Positions 40,116 to 50,900 of a stretch of 64,000 nucleotides of DNA are shown here, in pieces. The position numbers and the translations under genes were made by a program. Under the pieces are notes generated by a model. It was not told the DNA's origin and did not search any database. It was given only the letters and a program-made list of their open reading frames with translations. Positions within the stretch are counted from its first letter, which is position 1. Each line of letters begins with the position of its first letter. Source of the DNA: Alphaproteobacteria bacterium (GTDB lineage: Bacteria > Pseudomonadota > Alphaproteobacteria > GCA-2731375); NCBI GenBank assembly GCA_965225945.1, contig CBDDBZ010000035.1, forward strand, positions 256,001-320,000, in the 5' to 3' direction.

Positions 40116-41906
40116 ATGGAGTTGCTCGCGCGCTTGGGACTCGAGCCCAACATATTCGACGGCCGCGTGGCCGTCGTCACGGGAGCGGCGCGCGGCATTG
40201 GTGAACAAGTGGCGCGTGGCCTGGCCAACCTCGGCGCCGACGTCGTCGTTCTCGATATTCTGCAGGAAGGCGAAGGGGTTGCCGCACAGATTCGGGGCAA
40301 TTCCCGCAACGCGACCTTCAAGCAGGTCGATCTCCGCGACATAGACGCTTTGGAACGCTTTCAAGACGAAGTCCTGTCCGAGCACGGCGCGGTCGACATC
40401 CTGGTAAACAACGCCTCCAAATTGCACTATGAGTATTTCCTAAACGCGCCCATCGATCTATGGGACGATCTGCACAATACCACGGTTCGTGCATCGACCT
40501 TTCTGATCCAGAAGTTTCTGCCGAAAATGCTCGAAAACCGCTTCGGCGTAATTTGCAACACCATCGCCGTCGATGTGTTGTCGCACGGCGCCCATTTCGC
40601 GGCCGCCATGGCGGGGCAAAAATCGATGGCCCTTTCGTTAGCCGGCGAAATTGGTAGCGAGAGCGGTGTCAGCGTATTCGGCTTCGCGCCAGGCGTTGTC
40701 GACACACCTCTGGTCCGCGACCTCGCGCCATTAGTGCCAAAATTCAGAGGCGTGACGCAGGAGGAATATATCAAGCATTTCGTGCAGAACCCGGGCTATG
40801 AAGGCTTGATGCCGGCGGAACACTGCGGTGCCAGTTACGTCTATTGCCTCGCGCATGCCAAAGCCTATCAAGGCCAGATCGCCGATGCTTTTCACCCCCT
40901 GATCAACCACGGAATCATTACGCCTGGGAATGACGAGGAGGAACTGCTCCGGGTCTCCGATAACGTCGATCCCTCGATCTGGCAAATTCACGACTACGTT
41001 CATGGCTTCTCGAACTTGAACCGAAATCTGGAGACGCGGATCGTCGAACGGACCAAGGAGCTGGAGGCGGCCAATCAAAAACTGGCTCAACAAAAACAGC
41101 ATATAGAGGATGTATCCACCAAGATATCCCGCTATTTGCCACGGCAGATCTATGAATCCATTTTTGCCGGAGAGATCGACACCGACATTGCGTCTCGGCG
41201 CCGAAACCTGACCATTTTCTTCTCCGACATCTGCGACTTTTCCCGCAAGACCGAACGGTTGGAGCCGGAGGCGTTGTCGGAGATTCTCAATAACTATTTC
41301 TCGGAGATGACCGAGATCGCTCGCGCCTACGGCGCGACCATCGACAAGTTCATTGGCGATGCGATTCTCATTTTTTTCGGCGACCCGAACACCGAGGGTC
41401 CAGTGAAAGATGGCGAAGCTTGCGTGGCCATGGCTATCGACATGCAACGCCGCATGGGCGCGTTACGGGACAGCTACGACCATCTTGGCTTGAACGAACC
41501 GCTGGAAATGCGCATTGGCATCAACAGCGGTTATTGCACGGTCGGAAACTTCGGTAGTTTCGAGCGCATCGACTACACAATCGTCGGCACCCCCGTGAAC
41601 ATCGCCTCGAGGCTGCAGGACGCCGGCGAGCCGGGTACGATCACAGTCTCTCGAAACACTCATGCGCTCGTCGCCGATCGGTTCGAGTTCGCTTCTCTGG
41701 GGCGTTTGCAGCTCAAGGGCATCGTGGACGAGGTCGATGCTTATCGAGTTCTGTTCGAGGCCGTGGAGGGCGCCGACGCGGCGACGACACCGGAGGGGCA
41801 GATGAGGGCATTGAAGGAGCGCCTCCGACGGCTCGACATCGACAAGCTTGGAGACGCGGAAAAGGATGAGTTGTTGAAATCCATGTCCAAGCTGCTCGGT
41901 CGTTGA
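40116..41906 (+). CDS. SDR-fold / coiled coil / class III adenylate cyclase fusion
   Basis: N-term VTGAARGIG, DILVNNA, PGVVDT; linker LETRIVERTKELE; cyclase FSDICDFS, DKFIGDA, DYTIVG.PVNIASRL. Confidence 0.88.
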   Translation: MELLARLGLEPNIFDGRVAVVTGAARGIGEQVARGLANLGADVVVLDILQEGEGVAAQIRGNSRNATFKQVDLRDIDALERFQDEVLSEHGAVDILVNNASKLHYEYFLNAPIDLWDDLHNTTVRASTFLIQKFLPKMLENRFGVICNTIAVDVLSHGAHFAAAMAGQKSMALSLAGEIGSESGVSVFGFAPGVVDTPLVRDLAPLVPKFRGVTQEEYIKHFVQNPGYEGLMPAEHCGASYVYCLAHAKAYQGQIADAFHPLINHGIITPGNDEEELLRVSDNVDPSIWQIHDYVHGFSNLNRNLETRIVERTKELEAANQKLAQQKQHIEDVSTKISRYLPRQIYESIFAGEIDTDIASRRRNLTIFFSDICDFSRKTERLEPEALSEILNNYFSEMTEIARAYGATIDKFIGDAILIFFGDPNTEGPVKDGEACVAMAIDMQRRMGALRDSYDHLGLNEPLEMRIGINSGYCTVGNFGSFERIDYTIVGTPVNIASRLQDAGEPGTITVSRNTHALVADRFEFASLGRLQLKGIVDEVDAYRVLFEAVEGADAATTPEGQMRALKERLRRLDIDKLGDAEKDELLKSMSKLLGR

Positions 41907-42291
41907 ACCCGCCGGGCCAAAGCTTGCCCGGAATACTCCCGCGCCAAGTGTCGCCTCGGTCGGGGATCGCCTGTCGGCCCCCTCTCGGGAAACGCCCGGA
42001 CCCGGAGGCGTTCTCGACCTCGATCGGGTGATTCCAGGTCTCGAACCGGCGGACGTTGGGCGTCGGTGGTGAACGCCCCGTCCCGCCGGGGCAGCCCTGG
42101 TCGATGCCGGTGTGGATGGTGGGGGGCGAGGGGTGCGCGAGGCGATAGGGTTGTGGGCTTCGAGCCGGCGCGCGCGCTCGTTTTGGCGAGCGACCGCGTT
42201 CATAATATGAACATCGAGGAGTTGCGCCATCGGCTTCGAGGCTGGAGAAGCCGGTGGCGGCGGGGGAATCGATGAAGCGCGGCGCCCTATC

Positions 42292-42432
42292 GTCGATTCG
42301 CGCGCCGCGTGAGAGGGTTTGGGGGCGGTGGACGCCTCGATCATGCCGGCGATTGTCGCCGGCAACACCAACGCGCCGGCGATCATGATCGGCGAGAAGG
42401 CGGCGGCGATGATCCTGGAGGACGCGGGGTAG
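42292..42432 (+). pseudogene. 3' remnant of a GMC oxidoreductase (choline dehydrogenase-like)
   Basis: 42328-42432 reads [34 protein letters not shown], the GMC C-terminal signature. Confidence 0.8.
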
Positions 42433-42517
42433 GGGGTGGTGCTCCGCGCAATCTACAAGATAGCATAGGGCCGCGCGCCGCATCGGCTGCGCATCGCGAC
42501 GGGATCAGGGAGCATCG

Positions 42518-44506
42518 ATGCCCGACCACAGTGATTTTGCGAACCTGATCTGGCAGATCGCCGATCTGCTGCGCGGCCCATACCGACCGCCGCAGTACGA
42601 GCGCGTCATGTTGCCGATGACCGTGCTGCGTCGCTTCGACTGCGTGCTGGCACCCACCAAGGCGAAGGTGCTGGCCGAACACGAGCGACGGAGAGGCGGA
42701 CGGCTCAACGACGAAGCGCTCGACCAAATGCTGAATCGGAGGGCCGAACAGCGCTTCCACAACCACTCGCCGCTCGACTTCGAGAAGCTGAAGGGCGACC
42801 CCGACAACATCGCGCCGCATCTGGTCAGCTACATCAAGGGTTTCTCGGCCAACGTCCGCACCATCTTTGACTTCTTCGAGTTCGAGAACGAAATCGAGCG
42901 GATGCGCGAGTCGAATATTCTCTATCTCGTCGTCTCGAATTTCTGCGACGTGAATTTGCACCCGGATGAGGTGCCAAACGAGCAAATGGGACTGATCTTC
43001 GAGAACCTGATCCGCCGGTTCAACGAGCTAGCCAACGAGACCGCCGGCGACCATTTCACACCCCGCGAGGTGATCCGGCTGATGGTCAACTTGTTGTTCA
43101 TCCAAGATGACGAACTGCTGGCGACGCCGGGCGCCGTACGCAAGCTGCTGGACCCCGCGTGCGGCACTGGCGGCATGCTGGCCGAGGCGCAGAGCTATCT
43201 GCGTGATCACCATGCGGCGGCCCAGTTATACGTCTACGGCCAGGATTACAACAAGCGCGCCTACGCCACCGCAGCCTCCGACATGCTGATGAAGCAAGTA
43301 GACCACAACGGGGGCGACAACAACGTGCGCTTCGGCGACAGCTTCACGGACGACAAATTTGCGCCGGAGACCTTCGACTACCTGCTGACCAACCCGCCGT
43401 TCGGCGTCGATTGGAAACGGCAGCGAAAGGAACTCCGCAACGAGCACGAACGGCTCGGCTTCGCCGGCCGCTTCGGTGCCGGGTTGCCACGCATCAACGA
43501 CGGATCGCTGCTGTTCCTTCTGCACATGATCAGCAAGTTCGAGCCGGTGCTGCCCGATCAGCACAAGCACGGATCGCGGCTCGCCATCGTCTTCAGCGGC
43601 TCGCCGCTATTCACCGGCGGTCCCGGCTCCGGTGAGAGCGACATCCGCAAGTGGATCATCGAAAACGACTGGCTCGAAGCCATCGTCGCCCTGCCGGAGC
43701 AGATGTTCTATAATACCGGCATCGGCACCTATGTCTGGATTGTCGCCAACCGCAAGGAACGGAATCGCAAGGGTAACATTCAGCTCGTCGACGCGCGCGA
43801 ATGCTACGTGGCGATGCGCCGTAGCCTCGGCAACAAGCGCCGCAAGATCGGCGAGAAGGAGGACCAGTGCGACCAGATAGCCGAGATCGTGCGGACCTAT
43901 GGTGGCTTCGCGCACGGCGACACCTCGAAAATATTCGACAACGCCGCTTTCGGCTACACCCGCGTCACCGTCGAGCGCCCGCTACGCCTCTGCTATCGGA
44001 TGACGGTCGACGATAAAGCACGCTCCCTCGACGCCTGCCCGCACCTCCTCGACGACGTTCAGGCAATCGACGAAGCGCTAGGCCGCGAGCCGCAACACGA
44101 CTGGAACGCCCTCTGGACGGGCATCGCCAACTTGCTGCGTAAACGTGGATCGCGTTGGAAAGCGCCGGAGCAGAGCCTCTTCCGCAGTGTTTTCACGCAT
44201 AAGGACCCGGAGGCGGAACCCGTCGACAAAGGGGGCCGAGACGGAGGCTACGAGCCCGATCCCGACCTGCGCGACTTCGAGAATGTGCCACTCAAAGACG
44301 GCATCGAGGCCTATTTCGAGCGCGAGGTGCTGCCTCACGTGCCCGACGCCTGGATGGACCGCGGTAAGGACAAGGTCGGGTACGAGATCAACTTCAATCG
44401 TCACTTCTACAAGTACACGCCGCCGCGGCCATTGGAGAAGATTGACGCGGACCTGAAGCGGGCGGAGGAGACAATTATGCGACTCTTACGTGAGGTTACG
44501 GAGTGA
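42518..44506 (+). CDS. hsdM: Type I R-M methyltransferase subunit
   Basis: IWQIADLLRG, FTPREVI, DPACGTGGML, NPPF, FYNTGI.TY, GYEINF.RHFY. Confidence 0.95.
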   Translation: MPDHSDFANLIWQIADLLRGPYRPPQYERVMLPMTVLRRFDCVLAPTKAKVLAEHERRRGGRLNDEALDQMLNRRAEQRFHNHSPLDFEKLKGDPDNIAPHLVSYIKGFSANVRTIFDFFEFENEIERMRESNILYLVVSNFCDVNLHPDEVPNEQMGLIFENLIRRFNELANETAGDHFTPREVIRLMVNLLFIQDDELLATPGAVRKLLDPACGTGGMLAEAQSYLRDHHAAAQLYVYGQDYNKRAYATAASDMLMKQVDHNGGDNNVRFGDSFTDDKFAPETFDYLLTNPPFGVDWKRQRKELRNEHERLGFAGRFGAGLPRINDGSLLFLLHMISKFEPVLPDQHKHGSRLAIVFSGSPLFTGGPGSGESDIRKWIIENDWLEAIVALPEQMFYNTGIGTYVWIVANRKERNRKGNIQLVDARECYVAMRRSLGNKRRKIGEKEDQCDQIAEIVRTYGGFAHGDTSKIFDNAAFGYTRVTVERPLRLCYRMTVDDKARSLDACPHLLDDVQAIDEALGREPQHDWNALWTGIANLLRKRGSRWKAPEQSLFRSVFTHKDPEAEPVDKGGRDGGYEPDPDLRDFENVPLKDGIEAYFEREVLPHVPDAWMDRGKDKVGYEINFNRHFYKYTPPRPLEKIDADLKRAEETIMRLLREVTE

Positions 44507-45773
44507 ACGTGCTCAATAACGTTCAGCGACTTCGGCTCAAGTACGCCGCGACCATCAACGATGACGTACTGGGTGAAGAGACAGAGTCCGACTACGAGCT
44601 ACAGTATGTTGACATCGGCAACGTCGATTCCTCTGGCACAATCGATGAAATCGTAACGTATCGCTTCGCCGATGCACCCAGTCGAGCTCGGAGGCGAGTT
44701 CGTGATGGCGACGTCGTTGTTTCTTGCGTGCGAACCTACCTCCAAGCAATTGCACCGATTCAGACTCCCCCAAAAAACCTGATCGTATCAACCGGGTTCG
44801 CCGTAGTGCGTCCACGCGGTGACGTATTTGATGCTGGCTACTGTAAATATGCGTTGCGTGAACCCGCTTCCCTAGCGGAAGTGGAGATGCCCTCTGTCGG
44901 AGTCAGCTACCCAGCAATCAATGCTTCCGACCTCGCTGATATTGCGGTTTATTTGCCGCCGGTTCACCGCCAGTGTAGCATTGCCGACTTCCTCGACCGC
45001 GAGACGACTCTGCTGGATGCGCTAATGGCAGCGAAGGAACGACTACTTGAGATATTGGTTGAGAAGCGTCGGGCGCTCATCACACGCGCCCTTACCCGCG
45101 GCCTTGATCCCGACGTCCCTCTACGAGACTCCGGCAATCTCTCGCTCGGCGAAATTCCAAAGCATTGGAAAGCAACCCGGTTAAAGTTTTTCACCGAGGT
45201 TCGTGGCGGTTTGACTCTTGGTAAGAACTATAGCGCGGCAGAACTTGTTGAGTTTCCATACTTGCGTGTGGCCAATGTCCAGGACGGACACGTCGATCTC
45301 TCCGATGTCGCAACCGTTATGATCCCGCAATCGGAAGCAGATTCATGTTTATTGGCCGTCGGAGATGTTCTGATGAACGAAGGTGGAGACGCTGACAAGT
45401 TGCGCCGTGGCTGCATTTGGTACGGTAAAATTACCCCGTGTCTTCACCAGAATCACGTTTTCACGGTTCGTCCAAGGCACGTTCGATTCGATTGGCTGAA
45501 CGCATGGATTTTCACGAACGTTCCGAAGGTTTTTTTCAATCCCGAGCAAAACAATCGACGAATTTAGCATCGATTTCAGCGACCAACCTCAAAGAACTAC
45601 CGATACTACTCCCTACTGAAAATGAGCAACCCGCGATCCTCCAGCACATCGATGCGGAAACGACGAAGCTCGACACGTTGTACACTACAACAGAACGTGC
45701 CCTGGCACTGCTCAAGGAACGCCGCTTCGCCATCATCGCTGCGGCTGTTACTGGGCAGTTGGAGATTACGTGA
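44503..45773 (+). pseudogene. hsdS: Type I R-M specificity subunit, frameshifted at a T7 tract
   Basis: TRD1, central IADFLD...EKRRALITRALTRGL, GEIPKHW, TRD2; tail QSRAKQSTNLASI...LKERRFAIIAAAVTGQ is in another frame after T7 at 45530-45536. Confidence 0.88.
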
Positions 45774-45777
45774 CGCA

Positions 45778-47266
45778 ATGAGAATCCGTGAAACTCACTC
45801 TTCGCAACTATCGGGTCCATGCTGATCCCCAACCCTTTCAGTTCGCGGACCGCTTCACTGTCGTCGCCGGCGTCAACGGAACCGGCTGTGGCGGCTGTTC
45901 ACCGTCTGCACATGCAGATCGCCCCGAACCCGTTCCCCCATCGAAGGCTCACCCCGAGCGCGGCGGCGCACGGTGGGTAGCTCGCGCCGCCGTCGGAGAC
46001 CAAACCACCGGGTCGAGGGCAGCTGAGCGCCGCCGCATCGACCCTGGGCAGCACCGCGCTGACATGAGAACCGGTACCTGCTCGCGCACGTGCCTTGCGC
46101 CCCAGCCCGCGCGCGCCCTTGCTCTCCAGGACGTAGTCTCGTCCGCTTTCCCCAAAAGTGTCGCCGGCGCGCAGCGGCTATCGTTCAATAAAGACCTCGG
46201 ACGTGAATTTTGGCGCAACGTTCGCCGAGTTAGGCATGAAACCCTTGCCGTAAATTGCGCCGGGATTCCGCTTGAATATAAGCTGATCTACGATCCGGAG
46301 CGCCACCGGGTCTCGCCGACCAAACTACCAGCTGCGGTCATGCGCGAGGTAAGGAACGCTTACGGCGACCCTACCCGCGCCGACGACGCGGCGGCGCTGG
46401 CGGTCTATTATACGACGGATCGAGCGGGGTACCGACTTCCCAAGAAGCTACCGGTGGAGGTGCCGCACGGGCAGGCCGCCGCCTATACGGGCGCGCTCTT
46501 AAATCGCACCGTTAATTTTCGCGACTTTATGGCGCGATACCGAAGCGCGATTGTACTCGAACGTGAGACGCTCCGAGACAACCCGAGCTATCTCGGGGGC
46601 CACGCCGTCGAAGCAATATCGAGAGCCCTCACCACATTTCTCGGCGGATTCGAGAATCTACGTATTGAGGAAGAGCCGCTTCGCCTCTTGGTCGACAAAG
46701 CAGGAGTACCGCTAGATCTCTCTCAATTGTCAGAAGGGAAGCGCTCGTTTCTGGCGCTGGTGTGCGACTTGGGGCGGCGGCTGGCACTCGCAAATCCAAT
46801 GCTCGACAATCCGCTGCACGGCGCCGGCGTAGTTCTGATCGATGAACTGGAGTTGCACCTACATCCCGAGTGGCAACGCGAGGCCCGCGAGAAACTCCAC
46901 GAGGCATTCCCCAACATCCAGTTCATTGCGACCACTCACTCACCGTTCGTAATTCAGTCCCTACGACCGGGTGAGCTGATCAACCTCGACCCGGACGAAT
47001 TTAGCGAGTACGCAGACAAGAGCATCGAGGATATCGCCGAGAACGTGATGGGTGTGGATTTGCCACAAAAGAGCGAACGTTACCTCCAGATGATGAATGC
47101 GGCTGAGGCGTATTTTCGTCTGCTTCGAGAACCAGGCGCATTGACCGAAACCGCGGAGCAACGACTGAATGAGCTTGCGGCGCCGTTCAGCGACGACCCA
47201 GCGTTCCAGGCACTACTAAAACTTGAGCGCGAAGCACGGCGCGGAGGCGGCGATGGGACCCGTTGA
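45778..47266 (+). pseudogene. ABC/AAA ATPase (PtuA/Septu-like) with degraded 5' half
   Basis: LSQLSEG, VVLIDELELHLHP and ATTHSP intact; Walker A ends at GVNGTG with no K; frameshift after ATG45778. Confidence 0.8.
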
Positions 47267-47936
47267 CAAAGGGGCGGCACCTCGTGTGTACGCAAATTAC
47301 CAAGATGCTGGGTCGGACCTTCAAAAACGGCTCGGCGACTACTGCAGCTATTGCGAGTGGCAGATCGAGACCTACCTCGCCGTCGAGCACATCCAGCCAA
47401 AGTCACACATGCTCCTCCTGGGCACGAGTTGGTCGAACTTTCTCTTGGCATGCGTCAACTACAATTCGAACAAAGGCAGCACCCCGGTCAACTTGTCGGA
47501 CTACTTCTGGCCCGACGTAGACAATACTCTACGCGCGTTCGAGCACGTCCCCGGTGGCTTGATTCGGCCACATCCGACCTTGGAGCCTCACTTGACGGCG
47601 AAGGCTCATGCAACAATCAGTTTGGTTGGGCTCGATCGTGATCCGGGCAATCCAGGAAGAGACCCCACGTTGCGCGACAATCGCTGGTATCGGCGACTTC
47701 GGGCCTGGCAGGTGGCCCAAAGATGTCGGAACAATGTCGCTGCGCAAGACACGGCTGAGATGCGTGACACTGTTGTGATGGTAGCGACCGGTCGTGGCAT
47801 TTTCTCGATTTGGTGCACCGTGTTTGCCGGCGACGCCGACATGCGCCGACGATTGCGGGAGGCGTTTGTAGGTACTCACGGAGGATCATTCGATGCGAAC
47901 GAAGACCTTGTACCCCGCGATGGGGGACAGGTGTAG
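47253..47936 (+). CDS. HNH endonuclease (PtuB-like)
   Basis: RLGDYCSYCE, VEHIQPK, WSNFLLACVNYNSNK; second CxxC reads CxxY; overlaps ATPase stop. Confidence 0.82.
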   Translation: MGPVDKGAAPRVYANYQDAGSDLQKRLGDYCSYCEWQIETYLAVEHIQPKSHMLLLGTSWSNFLLACVNYNSNKGSTPVNLSDYFWPDVDNTLRAFEHVPGGLIRPHPTLEPHLTAKAHATISLVGLDRDPGNPGRDPTLRDNRWYRRLRAWQVAQRCRNNVAAQDTAEMRDTVVMVATGRGIFSIWCTVFAGDADMRRRLREAFVGTHGGSFDANEDLVPRDGGQV

Positions 47937-47938
47937 CT

Positions 47939-50900
47939 ATGAGCGCGCCTAGACGCAACGAAGCGGCCTTCGAGACCGTTATCGAAGCGTACCTGTTACA
48001 AAACGGGTACGTGCCTGTCGCCCGCGAAGTTTTCGACCGCGAACGCGCGATCTTTCCGGAGACGGTACTCGCCTTCATCCGCGAGACCCAGCCCAGGGAG
48101 TGGGCCAAGCTGGAGGCCCTGCACGGTGACGGGACCGGCGCGCAGATACTGACGGATCTCTGCAAGTGGATGGACGCAAACGGCTCGCTCACCACGCTCC
48201 GCCACGGCTTCAAGTGCTATGGCCGCACGCTTCACTTGGGATTCTTCAAGGCGGCGCACGAGCTGAACCCCGATCTGGAGGCGCGCTACGCCGCGAACCG
48301 CTTGGGGATTACCCGACAATTGCGCTTCTCGCCGCGCTCTCGAAAGTCGCTCGACGTTGCGTTGAGCCTGAACGGTATCCCGATCGCCACTCTGGAGCTG
48401 AAGAACCAGCTCACGGGCCAGACGATCGAGGACGCGCGCCGACAATACAAGCAGGACCGCGACCCGCGTGAGCCGATCTTCGAGTTCAAGCGACGGTCGC
48501 TCGTGCATTTCGCTGTCGACACCGACGCGGTGCTAATGACGACGCGGCTGGCCGGCCCGGCGACCCACTTCCTGCCGTTCAACAAGGGCCATGACGGTGG
48601 TGCGGGCAACCCGCCCGACCCGGAGGGGCGCGGCTATCGCACGGCCTATCTCTGGGAGGACGTCTTGGAGCGCGACAGTTTGCTGGAGCTGCTTGCGCGC
48701 TTCATTCACTTGCAGACCGAGGAAAGGCGCGACGACCAGGGCCGCAAGGTGAAGAAGGAAAGCATGATCCTCCCGCGTTACCACCAGCTGGTGGCCGTGG
48801 GCACACTGGTGGACTCGGCGCGGCGTGAGGGTGTTGGGCACAACTACCTAATCGAGCACTCCGCGGGCAGTGGCAAAAGCAACACCATCGGTTGGATGAC
48901 TCATCGGCTGGCATCGCTGCACGACGCTGCGAACCAACGGGTGTTCGACAGCGTGATCGTGACCACCGACCGCGTCGTGCTGGACCAGCAATTGCAGGAC
49001 ACGATCTATCAGTTCGAGCACAAGCGCGGCGTGGTCCAGCGGATCGACGAAAGCTCGCGACAATTGGCGGAGGCGCTGGAAAGCGCGGTGCCGGTGATCG
49101 TCACCACCCTGCAGAAGTTTCCGTTCGTCTCGAAGCATCTGGCCAAGATGGCCGAGGAGCGCGGCGCGGGCGGCGACGGCACCTTGCCGACACGCCGGTG
49201 CGCGGTGGTCATTGATGAGGCGCACAGCTCACAAGGCGGCGAGACGGCCACGGACCTGAAGGAGGTCCTCGGAGGGAAGGGGCTGAGGGAGGAGGCCGTG
49301 CGTTACGCGGTGGAAGAAGATCTCGAAGACATGGAGGAGCTGTTCCGCAGCATGGCTAAGCGCGGCCGGCAAGCGAACCTGAGTTTCTTCGCGTTCACCG
49401 CAACGCCGAAACACAAGACACTTGCCGTATTCGGCCGCGATGGAGAGCCCGTGCATCGGTACACGATGCGTCAAGCCATCGAGGAAGAGTTCATCCACGA
49501 CGTCCTCAAGCACTACACGACCTTCGAAACGTATTTTCGATTGCTCAAGGCGTGCGAAGACGATCCCAACGTAGAACGAAAGAAAGGCGCGAAAGCGCTG
49601 GCGCGCTTCATGAAGTTGAACCCACATAATATCGCCCAAAAGACCGAGGTGATAGTAGAGCATTTCAACACGATGACGCGTCACAAGATCGGCGGTCGTG
49701 CGAAAGCGATGGTCGTGACCGGTTCGCGCCTTGAAGCAGTGCGCTACAAGCAGAGCATCGACCAGTACATCCGGCGAAAGGGATATCCGATCAAGACGCT
49801 TGTGGCCTTCTCCGGCATCGTGCAGGACGACAAGCTCGCCGGCGTGGCCTACACCGAAGAAGGCATGAACCAAGGCATCCGAGAGAAGGAGCTGCCGGAG
49901 AAGTTCGCCACCCCGGAGTATCAGGTACTGCTCGTGGCCGAGAAGTACCAGACCGGCTTCGACCAGCCGCTCTTGCACACGATGTACGTGGACAAACGGC
50001 TCGCCGGCATCCAGGCGGTGCAAACTCTGTCGCGGTTGAATCGCACCCACCCACTCAAGGAAGACACCTTCGTCCTCGACTTCGTGAACGACCGCGAGGA
50101 TATCCGCGACGCCTTCAAGACCTATTACGAAGGCGCCGAGATGGGTGACGAGGTCGACCCGGCGCGCATGTATCAAGTCAAGGGCGAGCTGGACGCGTCG
50201 GGCATTTACCTCGCAGAGGAGGTGGAGCGGTTCTGCTCGATCTATTTCAAGCCCAAGCAGCGGCAGAGCCCGGCCGACCACCAGGCGATGAACGCGATGC
50301 TCGATCCAGGGGTCGCCCGTTTCGCCAAGTTCCAGATCGAGGAAGAGGAGGAGGCGGAGCTATGGCGCGGCAAAGCGCGGGCTTTTCATAACCTTTATGG
50401 CTTCCTGAGCCAGGTGATCCCGTATCAGGACTCGGACCTGGAGAGACTTTACGTGTTCCTCCGCTATCTAGCCGCGAAACTGCCCAAACGGCGCGATGGC
50501 CCCGCCTACCAGTTCGATGACGAGGTTAGGCTCGAATACTACCGCTTGCAAAAGATCAGCGAAGGTTCGATCGGCCTCGGCGACGGCCGGGCTCGACCGC
50601 TCGACGGCCCGACCGAGGTAGGTTCTGGCCTAGCGCGTGAGCAACCGGTTCCCTTGTCACAGCTAATCGACCTGGTGAACGAGCGTTTCGGCACGGACTT
50701 CAATCAGGCAGATCAACTTTTCTTCGATCAGATCGTCGAAGCGGCAATGGCGGACGACGGTCTGCGGCAGGCGGCATCCGTAAATCCGGGCGACAAGTTC
50801 GAGCTTGTCTTCAAAAACCTGCTTCAGACACTATTCGTCGAGCGGATCGATCAGAACGAGGAAATATTCATCCGTTTCATGAACGATTCGTCGTTTCGTG

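Noticed and set aside
40116-41906. Pycsar cyclase
   Set aside because: Specificity residues are the ATP-type K/D pair and no cyclic-nucleotide-binding effector gene is adjacent
45778-47936. Retron system
   Set aside because: No reverse transcriptase and no room for msr/msd in the operon
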